Made by a program: the position numbers and the translations under genes. This document shows positions 45,601-54,068 of a stretch of 64,000 nt of DNA, one piece after another. Below the pieces are notes generated by a model. It searched no databases and was not told the DNA's origin. It saw nothing but the letters and a program-made list of their open reading frames with translations. The stretch is taken from positions 1 through 64,000 of IMG/VR virus record IMGVR_UViG_3300017528_000567; one strand, written 5' to 3'. The stretch's first letter is position 1; every line of letters starts with the position of its first letter.

Positions 45601-47029
45601 CATCAAGCTTCGTGACTCCCAAGGAAATGGCCGCCGATGTCAGAGCATCTTGATAAGACACGTAGGCACCGCGGGGACCTGTGCCGGTGAGCTTCCAATT
45701 GGCGCGCAGCTGTCCACGTAGGAGCTTGTCTAAGCTGCCTTTGAGCAGGGCCTCGTAGTCGAAGCCGTTCGGATTTACCGCGTGCCGCAGGTCCAGGATG
45801 TCTGTACTGGCGATCTGATCCGAGAATAGGCCGTCAGGGCGACCGGAGACCACACGAACGGGCGCGCCGGCCTTGTGCGCCTCTGCGACCGTGCCGTTGG
45901 AGCCCCGTGTGCCCGGAGCGATGTTGATCGTGGTGCCCGTGATCGACTGATAGAACATGAGCTCATCGTCGACTTGGATGAGCACCGGAGTCGCGGGATT
46001 CGCAGGCAGGGGCAGGAGCGCAACGTTAGTGGAGCCCGCTAAAGGCAACGACGTAGCCGCAGCCGTGACATTACTGAGCAGCGCGGGCGCCGGCAGAAAT
46101 GTCTTGATCCCTGTGCGATTGACCGCGGTGGGATTGCGATTGAAGCCACCATTAAGATTCTGCGAAGGGTTGCCGCTCCAGGCAACGCTGTTGCGTCGAA
46201 AGACAACGGATATGGGGACGGCATAGGAGTAGCCGTCCACCGAACCTAGGAGATTCTGGGTCCCGTCACCAGCACGCCACAAGCCCGGGTCCCCGAGCGC
46301 TTGGCGCATGTTCGTGAACGTGTAACTCGTCGGGGTAGCTGCTGCGCCCTGTGCCTTGACAACCACGGGGTCGAATCCGTCCGGGTTGCCGGTGAGCCCG
46401 ACGAGTCCCTTCACGACACGCACGCGGTACTGAATCTGGACGCGCTGGTTGGTCTCAAAGCCGATCGCCGGATCAACCAAGTCGTCAGGCAAGTAGCTGA
46501 AGCCACCCTCGACGTTACCGAACCGGTAGACGGCACTCGCCGATGGCTTATTGGTCGCGGAAGGATTCGGCTGAATGCGCGCCTTCCACACCTCGAGAAA
46601 GACGAAATCGATGCGGAAGTCGCCAGCCGCCCCAGGCGGTGGATCCAGAGCGATGACGTTCGAGTAGTCGACCTCATTCGGAGAGCCTGGAGGGGAGCCT
46701 GTCCCGGTGCCCGCCACAGGGATCAGCCAGCCATTGACGTTGGCCCACATGATCGGGGCCGTTTCGCCGGTGCGCTGAGGGCCGAATTTGAAGTAGTTGG
46801 ACCACGCAGGATTGGTCAGGAAGGCCTTCTGCTGGTTTGTGTCATTTCCCAAGAACCCGCTCGGCGTACCGCGGAGGACTGCTGACTGCACAGTCTCCAA
46901 CGCCAAGGTCTGCATCAGATTTAGTTCGCCATCACATGGCGGCTTACCTTGTTGCCAGATCGTTTCAGCGTATTGGGTCCCGGCCGATTGTAGAACTCGA
47001 GACACCCCTGGACCAAGGTTCGTTGTCAT
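42638..47029 (-). CDS. large virion tail/baseplate-associated protein (paralogue of 50711..53332)
   Basis: 1463 aa, beta-rich; shares GLWRAGDG, VFRRN and RPDGLF..DLRH motifs with the 873-aa gene. Confidence 0.7.
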   Translation of the reverse strand: MTTNLGPGVSRVLQSAGTQYAETIWQQGKPPCDGELNLMQTLALETVQSAVLRGTPSGFLGNDTNQQKAFLTNPAWSNYFKFGPQRTGETAPIMWANVNGWLIPVAGTGTGSPPGSPNEVDYSNVIALDPPPGAAGDFRIDFVFLEVWKARIQPNPSATNKPSASAVYRFGNVEGGFSYLPDDLVDPAIGFETNQRVQIQYRVRVVKGLVGLTGNPDGFDPVVVKAQGAAATPTSYTFTNMRQALGDPGLWRAGDGTQNLLGSVDGYSYAVPISVVFRRNSVAWSGNPSQNLNGGFNRNPTAVNRTGIKTFLPAPALLSNVTAAATSLPLAGSTNVALLPLPANPATPVLIQVDDELMFYQSITGTTINIAPGTRGSNGTVAEAHKAGAPVRVVSGRPDGLFSDQIASTDILDLRHAVNPNGFDYEALLKGSLDKLLRGQLRANWKLTGTGPRGAYVSYQDALTSAAISLGVTKLDAPDNIRMVFSDAATIQPVELICKPSGIAVTTGAASIGENWSLQLTVNTTHQSPGGQFGPNNVIVLPVNQLKNGLQAGATDQVRWLNDGVSGAVRLRFEGENGDVSPSLYTVTPTSPAPDQDLVITLAGNFPPQITSDASPRLLHIRAHIVYGAGRGLARRPDAIHSVSYITPHADLLTQSAGVPASNKGARVGWAPMWSKYRNTGFNGTLPVTAETYADLGSKTMVVTPFRRIDFPKLLTLDGRSANPNQDPKAGTVSTGTLPGVNSPTITASATNVVAGDALLIPEPGAGAGRYTVTAAIGTTITVDRPIGAPAGAVSFTIHASQGLMPLFDKDVNPIPKWAQTDPLKLFCSTRVGNVTGPDSDAYESIYVSLPRHLVPAWGEIHVPMLAIETATFPTGINYMVRTSTLDTPPEGEANYVAYHGSGGSNEYSVFSQKTPATTSSTSTPITYNKAELGNEGSLWAGIRFFNDPRGLGRQGLEFPPFYGIARIFGVYQVDDYSVNSSPFTNARQSGDTGTAVNLLRQSMGPQDGPPMWIETDADGDSTFILNAKAIDISKAPVPLATFADGSYVVEAVVFGFDRGSFDLTKEFRLVLTRPRNTNGWKKVGTGDVDESPTGRANNINKAVAGLAGLLPGPAQQSDQILINYSRTPYQGDAWGSQANNTDIPYSPGPLTSGSAYQLSNTKLNTSALTRPNQKVLEVLAATSFSTDLGTGRYSGDAVVDPLDFKNVGFEDQSASFYPPSGATSDRPKVLPGNFIALDVTNIGSEYLGCTERLPLGALFRDKDFRGQAFATQSMAPFFYADVVGNGPAAGLAPPNSLEQQEIPLNTATSGVGSPGDILVHVDGEQANYSLLTNYRVTRGGSVFTASGTCLGGALSMQNISAFPQTNHVNAVHGRAMLVRNAVTNVGLNEVSAGDELMMLIVTSVQHRPPQLNLAPSNITIGTNGTGEGYSAADLYRIEGHPLVRNNVHMQVDPASIVLARGG

Positions 47030-47085
47030 TTGATGTAATCCTTCATGTCACTTAACTTGAAACTTGATAGGGAGTTTCTAAGAAA

Positions 47086-47115
47086 ACGGGCCAGGGTCCG
47101 GAAACCCTGGCCCGT
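47086..47115 (-). terminator. intrinsic terminator
   Basis: Perfect 12-bp stem ACGGGCCAGGGT/ACCCTGGCCCGT followed by TTTCTT on the minus strand. Confidence 0.85.
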
Positions 47116-47155
47116 CATCAACATCCCTCTACACCGATGGCGCTACCGCACTCGC

Positions 47156-49474
47156 TTACTTCGAAGGGCCTGAATCATCAGGCTTCTTCACGAAGAGTGC
47201 CTTGAGCAGCTCGTATATCCATACCGAGACAACGCCCGCCAATGCGAAGTACACCAGGCCCTCAATAAGCATGGTCATCCATGGCTCTGGGTAGAGCCAG
47301 AATAGACCGATGAGGAGGCCCGCCAAGATTGGCTGCAGCGCCAGTGTTTTGTAGCCCAACCGGAAGAACCACGAAGGCTTGCCCGTCTCGTAGTTCTGCT
47401 GAGTGAAAATGTGGTTTCTCAAGATGTAGCTCAAGAGCAATAGGATCAGCACCACCACGATGAACGGTATGCCGGAGAACTGCACCGCCGTCGGCGTACG
47501 AACACCGGTGATCCAGTCTTTGGTGCCGCGAGCCTTCGGCGCTGCCGCTAGACTCTGAGCCACGTGATCGTATACACCCCACGCTCCGCCCGACGCCCAT
47601 GTCCCGTGCAACGTGTACAAGTTGCAGGGCGCGTTCATCTTCGTCGCGAACTTGGTCAGCATGTAGACGTAGGCATCAGCCGATGACTGGTTGGACGCCC
47701 AGACATCCGCGTTCTGCAGGTGATGCATCCCCGCTTCGTAACAACCGAGCATCGGAATGCCGTAATTCGCTGTCTGAGTGACACCGACCGCGATCGGCTC
47801 GCCGCTCACTTTTTCGTCGACCTCACTCTTCCAGCGAGCCAACGTTTCAGTGGCGCCGTTCGTGCCGTTGCCGATGTATGGCGCCAAAGCCATCATGTCG
47901 ATCTTCTGGGCCTTCGGATTCCACTTGGTCGACCTGTAGACGGTGACTAGTGCCTGACTCGTCAGGTCGAGGTTGCCGGACTCCGAGAACACGCGGATGA
48001 CCCGTTTGCCCATCTCACTGGCCCCGAAGACGTCCTGATAGATCTGGTACATCTGCAGAGCTCGGTACATCTCGTGAGAGATACCCTGGTACCACTCGTT
48101 GTCGCCTGGGAGACCGCCAGCCTTACCGGCAGCAATCGCTTGGGCGAACTGCGCAAACGATCCATTCCAGACCTCGTTCGACAGCTCAATATAGGCGCGA
48201 AGATTCGGCTTGAGCTTGCTCTTGATGAGCGTCGCTTCCTGCTTGATATAGTTGTCATCCGCCAGATACGGATGCGTGAACCAGCAATCGACGTTGCCCT
48301 TGTTGCAAAGATCAATCTGCCACTCGATGGCCATACCCGTGGTTGAATCCGGGCTCGAACCATCGATGTAGATCTCAGCGTTCCGAGGATCCGTTGGCAG
48401 CTTCCGCTGATCCCAGCTCGTGATCTTGCTCCAGTTGACAGCGTTGGTATCCATGTGCCGGAACGTCGAATACCCGCTCAGGTCAGTGAGAAAATCCGGG
48501 TTCCAGATGTCGGCGCCAGATGAGTATGCGGTCGCCCAGTTGACGCCACTCTTGTAAATGGACGTGCCGGCCCAGTCCGCGATGAACCACTCTTGCGTAC
48601 CAACCGTCATCTTACCTGGGAGCGGTCCAACGGAGCCGCCAGAGCCGCCACCACCACCGCCGACGGCACCGCTACCACCGGTTGCGATCCCTCCACTGCC
48701 ACCGCGGCCACCACTACCACCACGGCCACCGCTACCACCGACCGCACTACCGCCGCTGCCTCCACGGCCACCGCCGCCACTGCCACCAGAACCGGCCGCG
48801 ACCACATCAAAATAGACGCTCGGAGTGGCGTCATGCCAGCCAGTCTCATCTCGATAGCTCGAGTAAGACTCCCAGCGCCCGACGGGGTCATCTGCCGTGA
48901 AAGTACGCGACGCCTTAACTGTCACGCTACCGTTCGCCGGAATTGTCACATCGGTCACATATGGGAGCAGATCTTCGTAGGGACCGTCAGCGTGCGTGCC
49001 ACCAGGTGGACGCCCCGCGATCGCGATCTCAAGCAGTGTAATCGGAGCACTCGACGTGTTGCCGTAAACGACCGTTCCATTCAGGGTCTGTCCACTCTGC
49101 ACACGCGTCTTGTCGAGCTTCAACGGCGTCTTCACCGTGACCCCACCGGTCACCCCGCCACCTCCGCCACCACGCCCGCCACGTCCAGCAGTGGCAACGC
49201 CACCTACGCCGCCGCGTCCACCGACACCTCCGACACCAGCACGTCCGGCTCCCCCGGTCGCGCCAACACCTCCGGCTCCAGCACCGCCAGACCCCGCAAA
49301 GGATGGGCACATCCACGCCGGGGCACAGCATACTATCGGAGGGCTGCTGCTGCCTGCAGCACCGGTCGGATTACCACCCGTAGTTGGACTTGGCGCGGCG
49401 CCACAGTACACGCCGATTCCCCCGCCAATAATTAGGGCTAGCGCGATTAGAAACCACCACTTGATATTGGACAT
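47156..49474 (-). CDS. membrane-anchored clan GH-A-like glycoside hydrolase with Gly-rich linkers and C-terminal TM segments
   Basis: N-terminal hydrophobic anchor; Ig-like domain; WFTHP..ADD.Y, YIELSNEVWN, CYEAG; three C-terminal hydrophobic helices. Confidence 0.75.
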   Translation of the reverse strand: MSNIKWWFLIALALIIGGGIGVYCGAAPSPTTGGNPTGAAGSSSPPIVCCAPAWMCPSFAGSGGAGAGGVGATGGAGRAGVGGVGGRGGVGGVATAGRGGRGGGGGGVTGGVTVKTPLKLDKTRVQSGQTLNGTVVYGNTSSAPITLLEIAIAGRPPGGTHADGPYEDLLPYVTDVTIPANGSVTVKASRTFTADDPVGRWESYSSYRDETGWHDATPSVYFDVVAAGSGGSGGGGRGGSGGSAVGGSGGRGGSGGRGGSGGIATGGSGAVGGGGGGSGGSVGPLPGKMTVGTQEWFIADWAGTSIYKSGVNWATAYSSGADIWNPDFLTDLSGYSTFRHMDTNAVNWSKITSWDQRKLPTDPRNAEIYIDGSSPDSTTGMAIEWQIDLCNKGNVDCWFTHPYLADDNYIKQEATLIKSKLKPNLRAYIELSNEVWNGSFAQFAQAIAAGKAGGLPGDNEWYQGISHEMYRALQMYQIYQDVFGASEMGKRVIRVFSESGNLDLTSQALVTVYRSTKWNPKAQKIDMMALAPYIGNGTNGATETLARWKSEVDEKVSGEPIAVGVTQTANYGIPMLGCYEAGMHHLQNADVWASNQSSADAYVYMLTKFATKMNAPCNLYTLHGTWASGGAWGVYDHVAQSLAAAPKARGTKDWITGVRTPTAVQFSGIPFIVVVLILLLLSYILRNHIFTQQNYETGKPSWFFRLGYKTLALQPILAGLLIGLFWLYPEPWMTMLIEGLVYFALAGVVSVWIYELLKALFVKKPDDSGPSK

Positions 49475-49538
49475 GTTTGTCTCCCACAGGGCACCTTCCA
49501 TAAGAAAAAGCTTATGGTGATCTCGCGTAACCGAAGTA

Positions 49539-49964
49539 TCACGCCGTCAGATCGTCACCTTGAGCTCCACAGGTTCCGGTCGAGTAGTATCGCAACCGCA
49601 TACTGCTCCCGAGCCCCCGAGGACTAAGACCCCGCTCAATGTCCAACACCTGGAAACTCTGCGCTTGGAGCCCCTCTTCCAGCACCTCACGAGCCTTACC
49701 CGGCTCGCCGTCGCCACATGTGTAGAAGTCCACCGCCGCGTAGCCAATCTCCGGCCACGTGTGAATCGACAGGTGAGACTCTTCCAACACAACTACGCCG
49801 GTAACGCCTTGCGGCTTGAACGCATGAAACACCGAGGTGACAATGGTCATTTGAGCCGCCCTAGCCGCTCGCTCCATCAGATCTCGAATCCGGTCCACGT
49901 TATTGAGGGCACCGAATTCGCATCCGATGAACTCGACCACTAGGTGCCTACCGCAGGTATCCAA
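49539..49964 (-). CDS. speD: S-adenosylmethionine decarboxylase proenzyme
   Basis: GRHLVVE...FKPQGVTGVVVLEESHLSIHTWPEIGYAAVDFYTCG (E|S self-cleavage site); TTG start after GGAGG. Confidence 0.93.
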   Translation of the reverse strand: MDTCGRHLVVEFIGCEFGALNNVDRIRDLMERAARAAQMTIVTSVFHAFKPQGVTGVVVLEESHLSIHTWPEIGYAAVDFYTCGDGEPGKAREVLEEGLQAQSFQVLDIERGLSPRGLGSSMRLRYYSTGTCGAQGDDLTA

Positions 49965-50040
49965 TTCACGGGCCTCCGCTTTTTCAGTAGCAACAGGATT
50001 CTACAAGGACATTCGGGAGGCCGGATTTAACCCAACCGCC

Positions 50041-50676
50041 CTAGTAGATCAGCGCCCAGCCGCCCAGATAGAGACGACGTCCGGGAGCTGGTGTCGTCAT
50101 GTTGGTGAAGGTCAGCTGCACCGCGTTGCCTTGATTAGGCACTGGCACGTTCAATACCGAGCCGTTCGTGATTGGCATACTTGGATTGCCGCTGAAGGCG
50201 ATGTTGCAAAGCAGCAAGTCAGAGTCTTCTTCGACGTATGTCCGAGAGAAGCGCCCCGTGCTTGGATCGTTGTTCGTGAACGAGTATGCCTCCCAAACGA
50301 CAACACACGTTGACGGCGTGTTGTCGAGACCAACACTCGCGGTGATAAGATTGCCCTGGCCGAATATGCAGTGTTGAGCCATGTCTGCACCGACCGAGAC
50401 GTGCAGACTGGATGGCGACACCACACTGGGTGTATCGTCAACCGTCATACAATGGTCAACAAGAATCTTAGGAAACCCAACGTAAGAGGCCTGTATTCCA
50501 GCTTCCTTAGCGAGAAGAAGTTCCGACAGATTCTTCGGTTTGCCACGAATCTGGACCCCGTCAGGAACCCGAATCAGCAGGGCGCCAGTCGAATCGGTCT
50601 GCCCACTCTCTGACGTGGTAACATCGATAATCTGAGAATCCGGCGTGAATGGGTCTACTAGGTAGTGAATGCTCAT
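50041..50676 (-). CDS. putative structural protein
   Basis: 211-aa beta-rich ORF in the tail gene run. Confidence 0.65.
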   Translation of the reverse strand: MSIHYLVDPFTPDSQIIDVTTSESGQTDSTGALLIRVPDGVQIRGKPKNLSELLLAKEAGIQASYVGFPKILVDHCMTVDDTPSVVSPSSLHVSVGADMAQHCIFGQGNLITASVGLDNTPSTCVVVWEAYSFTNNDPSTGRFSRTYVEEDSDLLLCNIAFSGNPSMPITNGSVLNVPVPNQGNAVQLTFTNMTTPAPGRRLYLGGWALIY

Positions 50677-50710
50677 ATATCAACGGCTCCAGGCTATTGC
50701 CGGGCTAGCG

Positions 50711-53332
50711 CTAGTTGGCTCGCTTGTTCAAAAGAAGTCCCTTGACCCTAAACACACTCGCAGTCGTGCTACTCGTAGTGGCGCTCTCACTGTCGAAAAA
50801 GACACCGTTTGTTTCGTCAAACAGGGCGTATCGAATGAGTAGGATGATCACTAGCTGTCCGCGACGTCCCAAGGGCTCAGTGTCACTCGTCAGCTCCGCC
50901 AAAATGGCGAGCACATTCTTGTGCCGATCCGAGTTGCTCAAGTCTTGAGCATAGGCGTTGGGCACATACGCCCCCAATGGCACTGAGGTGAAGTAGCTTC
51001 GGCCCTCGACGTCGATATCCCCAAGGCCTCGTTGGAACGTCAACGATTCTGGACTAGCGACCATTGAAATATACGTGGGCAGGCAGAGCATGCCCGTAGA
51101 GGCATCGAAATTGGCGACGCTGATCTCAGGGCTCGCGGCGAGCTCTGCCTCACCGTCAAAGTCACCGACCACGGGCGGAAAGATGCCGCCGGTCTGCAGG
51201 TACGCAGTTGGGAAAGGATATGCCTCACCCTGCGAGCCGGAACCAGCTGTTAGGCTTATCAGTTTGCCGGAGACCAGCTTCGGAACAACAGTCAGGCTGA
51301 TGCCAGCGATAGCGCCCCGGGCCATCTGAGGCGCGGCGGCACGGAAGTAAATTGACAGCTGCGGGGTGACCGCAGGGGTGGTCAGCCGCGGTATCGGCCG
51401 CCTCGCCTTATACTTCACAGTGATCTGGACGGGAGTGGCTGGAGTGTTGACGTTGAACGTAACGATTCGCCCGCTGGGGTCCAAGGCTCCGGCTGTTGCC
51501 GACGCGACCGGAGCTGTCGAGACCGAGATGAGCTCGATCGCTCGCTCAGGCAGTGTCATTTTGTTAGTGACTATCGCGTTCCCCTGCGTATAGGTCAGTT
51601 CAAGCGTCTGATACTCGACCTGCACTTCACGGTGGGGCTCATCGAAGCTTTTGAGCCCAGGATTATCGAAGACAGCGTTATCGCAGAAGATCGGTGTTGT
51701 AGAAGGCAGCGGCGCGGTAGTGAGCTCGAAGCTGTCTACCCCATAGGTCTCAACAGGGGTATGGGTCAACCCCACTCCACGCGGGTACGCTACCAGCAGC
51801 GTCACGTACAAACTCTCGTCGGTAAGACCAAGAGGGGCAACGGTGCCGGCGATTGTGATGACCACAGGAGCAACAGGCGCCGACCCAAGCCCCGTAATAG
51901 AGATATGCGGCTCTGCATTCGCTGCCTTGTGTGACTCCGAAGGACCCGCCCAGTGAGCCTCGACCACATCCAAGAACAAAGAACCGTCTGGCGCTAAGCT
52001 GCTCCAGTCGAATGCCGCGTACGGATACACAAGCAGAGACGTTGGACCAATCGTCACCACGCTACCAGCGACCCAACCTCCACCGGGAGCCGGGTATCTT
52101 AGCGTGACCGTCTCATAGATAGAGCGATCGGAGAATCGGCGCCTCACCGCATCGAATTGCTGAATCTCAGCAGCGGGAACCGCCGGTGTCTGAGTGCCCC
52201 CTATCTCATTCGCAACGAATACCGTTGTGCCGTGAGATCCGCCCCCTGCCAAATTGTCAGTGATCTCGGTGCGCAACGAATTGTCGAGGATCGCGTTCGT
52301 GTTCTTCTCAAGAACCTCTTCCAATGACCAACCAGTCGGCGACACACCGTGTCTCAGATCTAGTAGGTCTGCGGCTGCAATGATGTTGTTGAACAGACCA
52401 TCGGGGCGATCAGATGTGCCTGGACTTGCCGCGCCGCCGTTCTGATTGGTTGCACGGTTGAAGGGCGCGGTATTACGGCGGAAGACCGCCAATAGCGGGA
52501 TCGCGTACATGTAGCCATCAACGGTCCCCAGACCGTTGGTCGGGACGCCATCTCCAGCTCTCCAGAGTCCGGTATCACCGTTTGCCCATTGATTCGTGTA
52601 GTTGGGTTCGAGCCCAGGATAGGCGCTGCCATCCGGGGTCGTCGGGTTAGGAGGCACCGTGCGGGCCACCACGTTGAAGTCGTCGATACCGGATGGGTAA
52701 GTGAACACGTCCACATCGGCAATCGCTCGCAACCGATATTGGATCTGCACCCGTTTCGTGGTTTCAACTCCGACGTTGACGTTCAGAATATCGTCATCGA
52801 AGTTGTAGGTTGCGTCGTCAGCTCCAGGAGCGATCTTGACGTTACCATTGAACCAAATCCTGCCTGTTGGGCTCTTGCCAGTCATGTTGGCAGGAGCTGG
52901 CGACGCCGGTGACGCCGGGATCAGTCTCCGCCACACCTCAAGAATCACTAGGTTAGTTTGCTGTCCTCCCCCGGGGCCAGCGCTGAGATTGACACGGTTG
53001 GCAGTAGTCGCGCTATTGGTGCGTTGGATGGGGATAAACCAGCCGTTCACGTGCGCCAACAACGGCGGGATCTCGATCGTGTTGGCCACATTGATCGGAG
53101 CAAAGATGGCGCCGGTCGAGCTCGACGTGGTCAGGAAGTCATCAGATAACCAACCGGACGGCATCAAGCGCCGCACAGCGGCTTGTGCCGCCCCGCCGTC
53201 AATGTCCTGACTGAGGTTTAGCTCGATGTCCAGGAGGGGCTTGCCAGCCTGAGTGACAACAGTTTCCCATGCGTGCTGATCCGGAACCAGATACCCAGAG
53301 ACGGCAGGCCCGTAGTTCTTATCCGCGGTCAT
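50711..53332 (-). CDS. virion tail/baseplate-associated protein
   Basis: 873 aa; N-terminal QAGKPLLDIELNLSQ resembles tail-fibre attachment (DUF4815-like) starts. Confidence 0.7.
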   Translation of the reverse strand: MTADKNYGPAVSGYLVPDQHAWETVVTQAGKPLLDIELNLSQDIDGGAAQAAVRRLMPSGWLSDDFLTTSSSTGAIFAPINVANTIEIPPLLAHVNGWFIPIQRTNSATTANRVNLSAGPGGGQQTNLVILEVWRRLIPASPASPAPANMTGKSPTGRIWFNGNVKIAPGADDATYNFDDDILNVNVGVETTKRVQIQYRLRAIADVDVFTYPSGIDDFNVVARTVPPNPTTPDGSAYPGLEPNYTNQWANGDTGLWRAGDGVPTNGLGTVDGYMYAIPLLAVFRRNTAPFNRATNQNGGAASPGTSDRPDGLFNNIIAAADLLDLRHGVSPTGWSLEEVLEKNTNAILDNSLRTEITDNLAGGGSHGTTVFVANEIGGTQTPAVPAAEIQQFDAVRRRFSDRSIYETVTLRYPAPGGGWVAGSVVTIGPTSLLVYPYAAFDWSSLAPDGSLFLDVVEAHWAGPSESHKAANAEPHISITGLGSAPVAPVVITIAGTVAPLGLTDESLYVTLLVAYPRGVGLTHTPVETYGVDSFELTTAPLPSTTPIFCDNAVFDNPGLKSFDEPHREVQVEYQTLELTYTQGNAIVTNKMTLPERAIELISVSTAPVASATAGALDPSGRIVTFNVNTPATPVQITVKYKARRPIPRLTTPAVTPQLSIYFRAAAPQMARGAIAGISLTVVPKLVSGKLISLTAGSGSQGEAYPFPTAYLQTGGIFPPVVGDFDGEAELAASPEISVANFDASTGMLCLPTYISMVASPESLTFQRGLGDIDVEGRSYFTSVPLGAYVPNAYAQDLSNSDRHKNVLAILAELTSDTEPLGRRGQLVIILLIRYALFDETNGVFFDSESATTSSTTASVFRVKGLLLNKRAN

Positions 53333-53368
53333 GATATCCTTTGATGTAAGTCTTCATCATCCCATCCA

Positions 53369-54016
53369 TCAGAAGGTCAACCGCCACACGATACTAAGGG
53401 TGCTTGTAGCCGGCTTGTTGATGACTGCGAACGTCAAATAGTTTATCAGCGTGTCATGCAGGGTCAGATCAACGGTGGGGTCGTACTGCCCATTGGAGGG
53501 ACTGACTGGCTTACGAACGGCTAGGTTTGTGTCGATGTTGCCGCCCAAGAGCCCCATCTCAACCAGAGGGCCGACCGCCTCGGACTCTGCAAAAGTCGTC
53601 GTGAAATCGACCACGTTTGTTGGGATGGCACTCGGGACACCGTCGCCATCGATGAACTTGGTATCCGCAAAAGTCTTGCGAGCGATCTCCGAGTACAGCG
53701 AGCGCTGTGTATTGGTCGCCGCTGGAGGGCTCTGAAGGGACCAGCCAGTGTCGCCTGTGCCAACGGCAAGAGCATAAATCCCATGCGGCGGCTCAAGACT
53801 GTCCTTCATGAGCCGAGCGATGAGAATCGATGCGTCCAAGACAACCAGGTTCCGCAGCTCGCGCTCCAGCTGGATCACCCCGGTCTCGCCATCTCTCATC
53901 GTGAAGAAGACATCACCGCGGATATAGTTTTTGCCAAAGGTCTCTTGGCAGGCAGCTCTTACGGCAAAGCCCGGAGCTCGCTCTTGGGCTCTGGGTAAGG
54001 TCTCGACACTTCGCAT
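53369..54016 (-). CDS. tail-collar/fibre attachment-like protein
   Basis: RNLVV...LAVGTG...SLYSEIARK...TTTFAESEAVGPLVEMGLLGG...INKPATSTLSIVWRLTF. Confidence 0.75.
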   Translation of the reverse strand: MRSVETLPRAQERAPGFAVRAACQETFGKNYIRGDVFFTMRDGETGVIQLERELRNLVVLDASILIARLMKDSLEPPHGIYALAVGTGDTGWSLQSPPAATNTQRSLYSEIARKTFADTKFIDGDGVPSAIPTNVVDFTTTFAESEAVGPLVEMGLLGGNIDTNLAVRKPVSPSNGQYDPTVDLTLHDTLINYLTFAVINKPATSTLSIVWRLTF

Positions 54017-54068
54017 CTGATCTCCCTCTTGTGCAGACAGCTACACCAGCAGCCATCGCATAAGAGGG

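Noticed and set aside
48600-49330. GGC/GGT-rich low-complexity tracts
   Set aside because: Explained by the Gly-rich linkers of the glycoside hydrolase.
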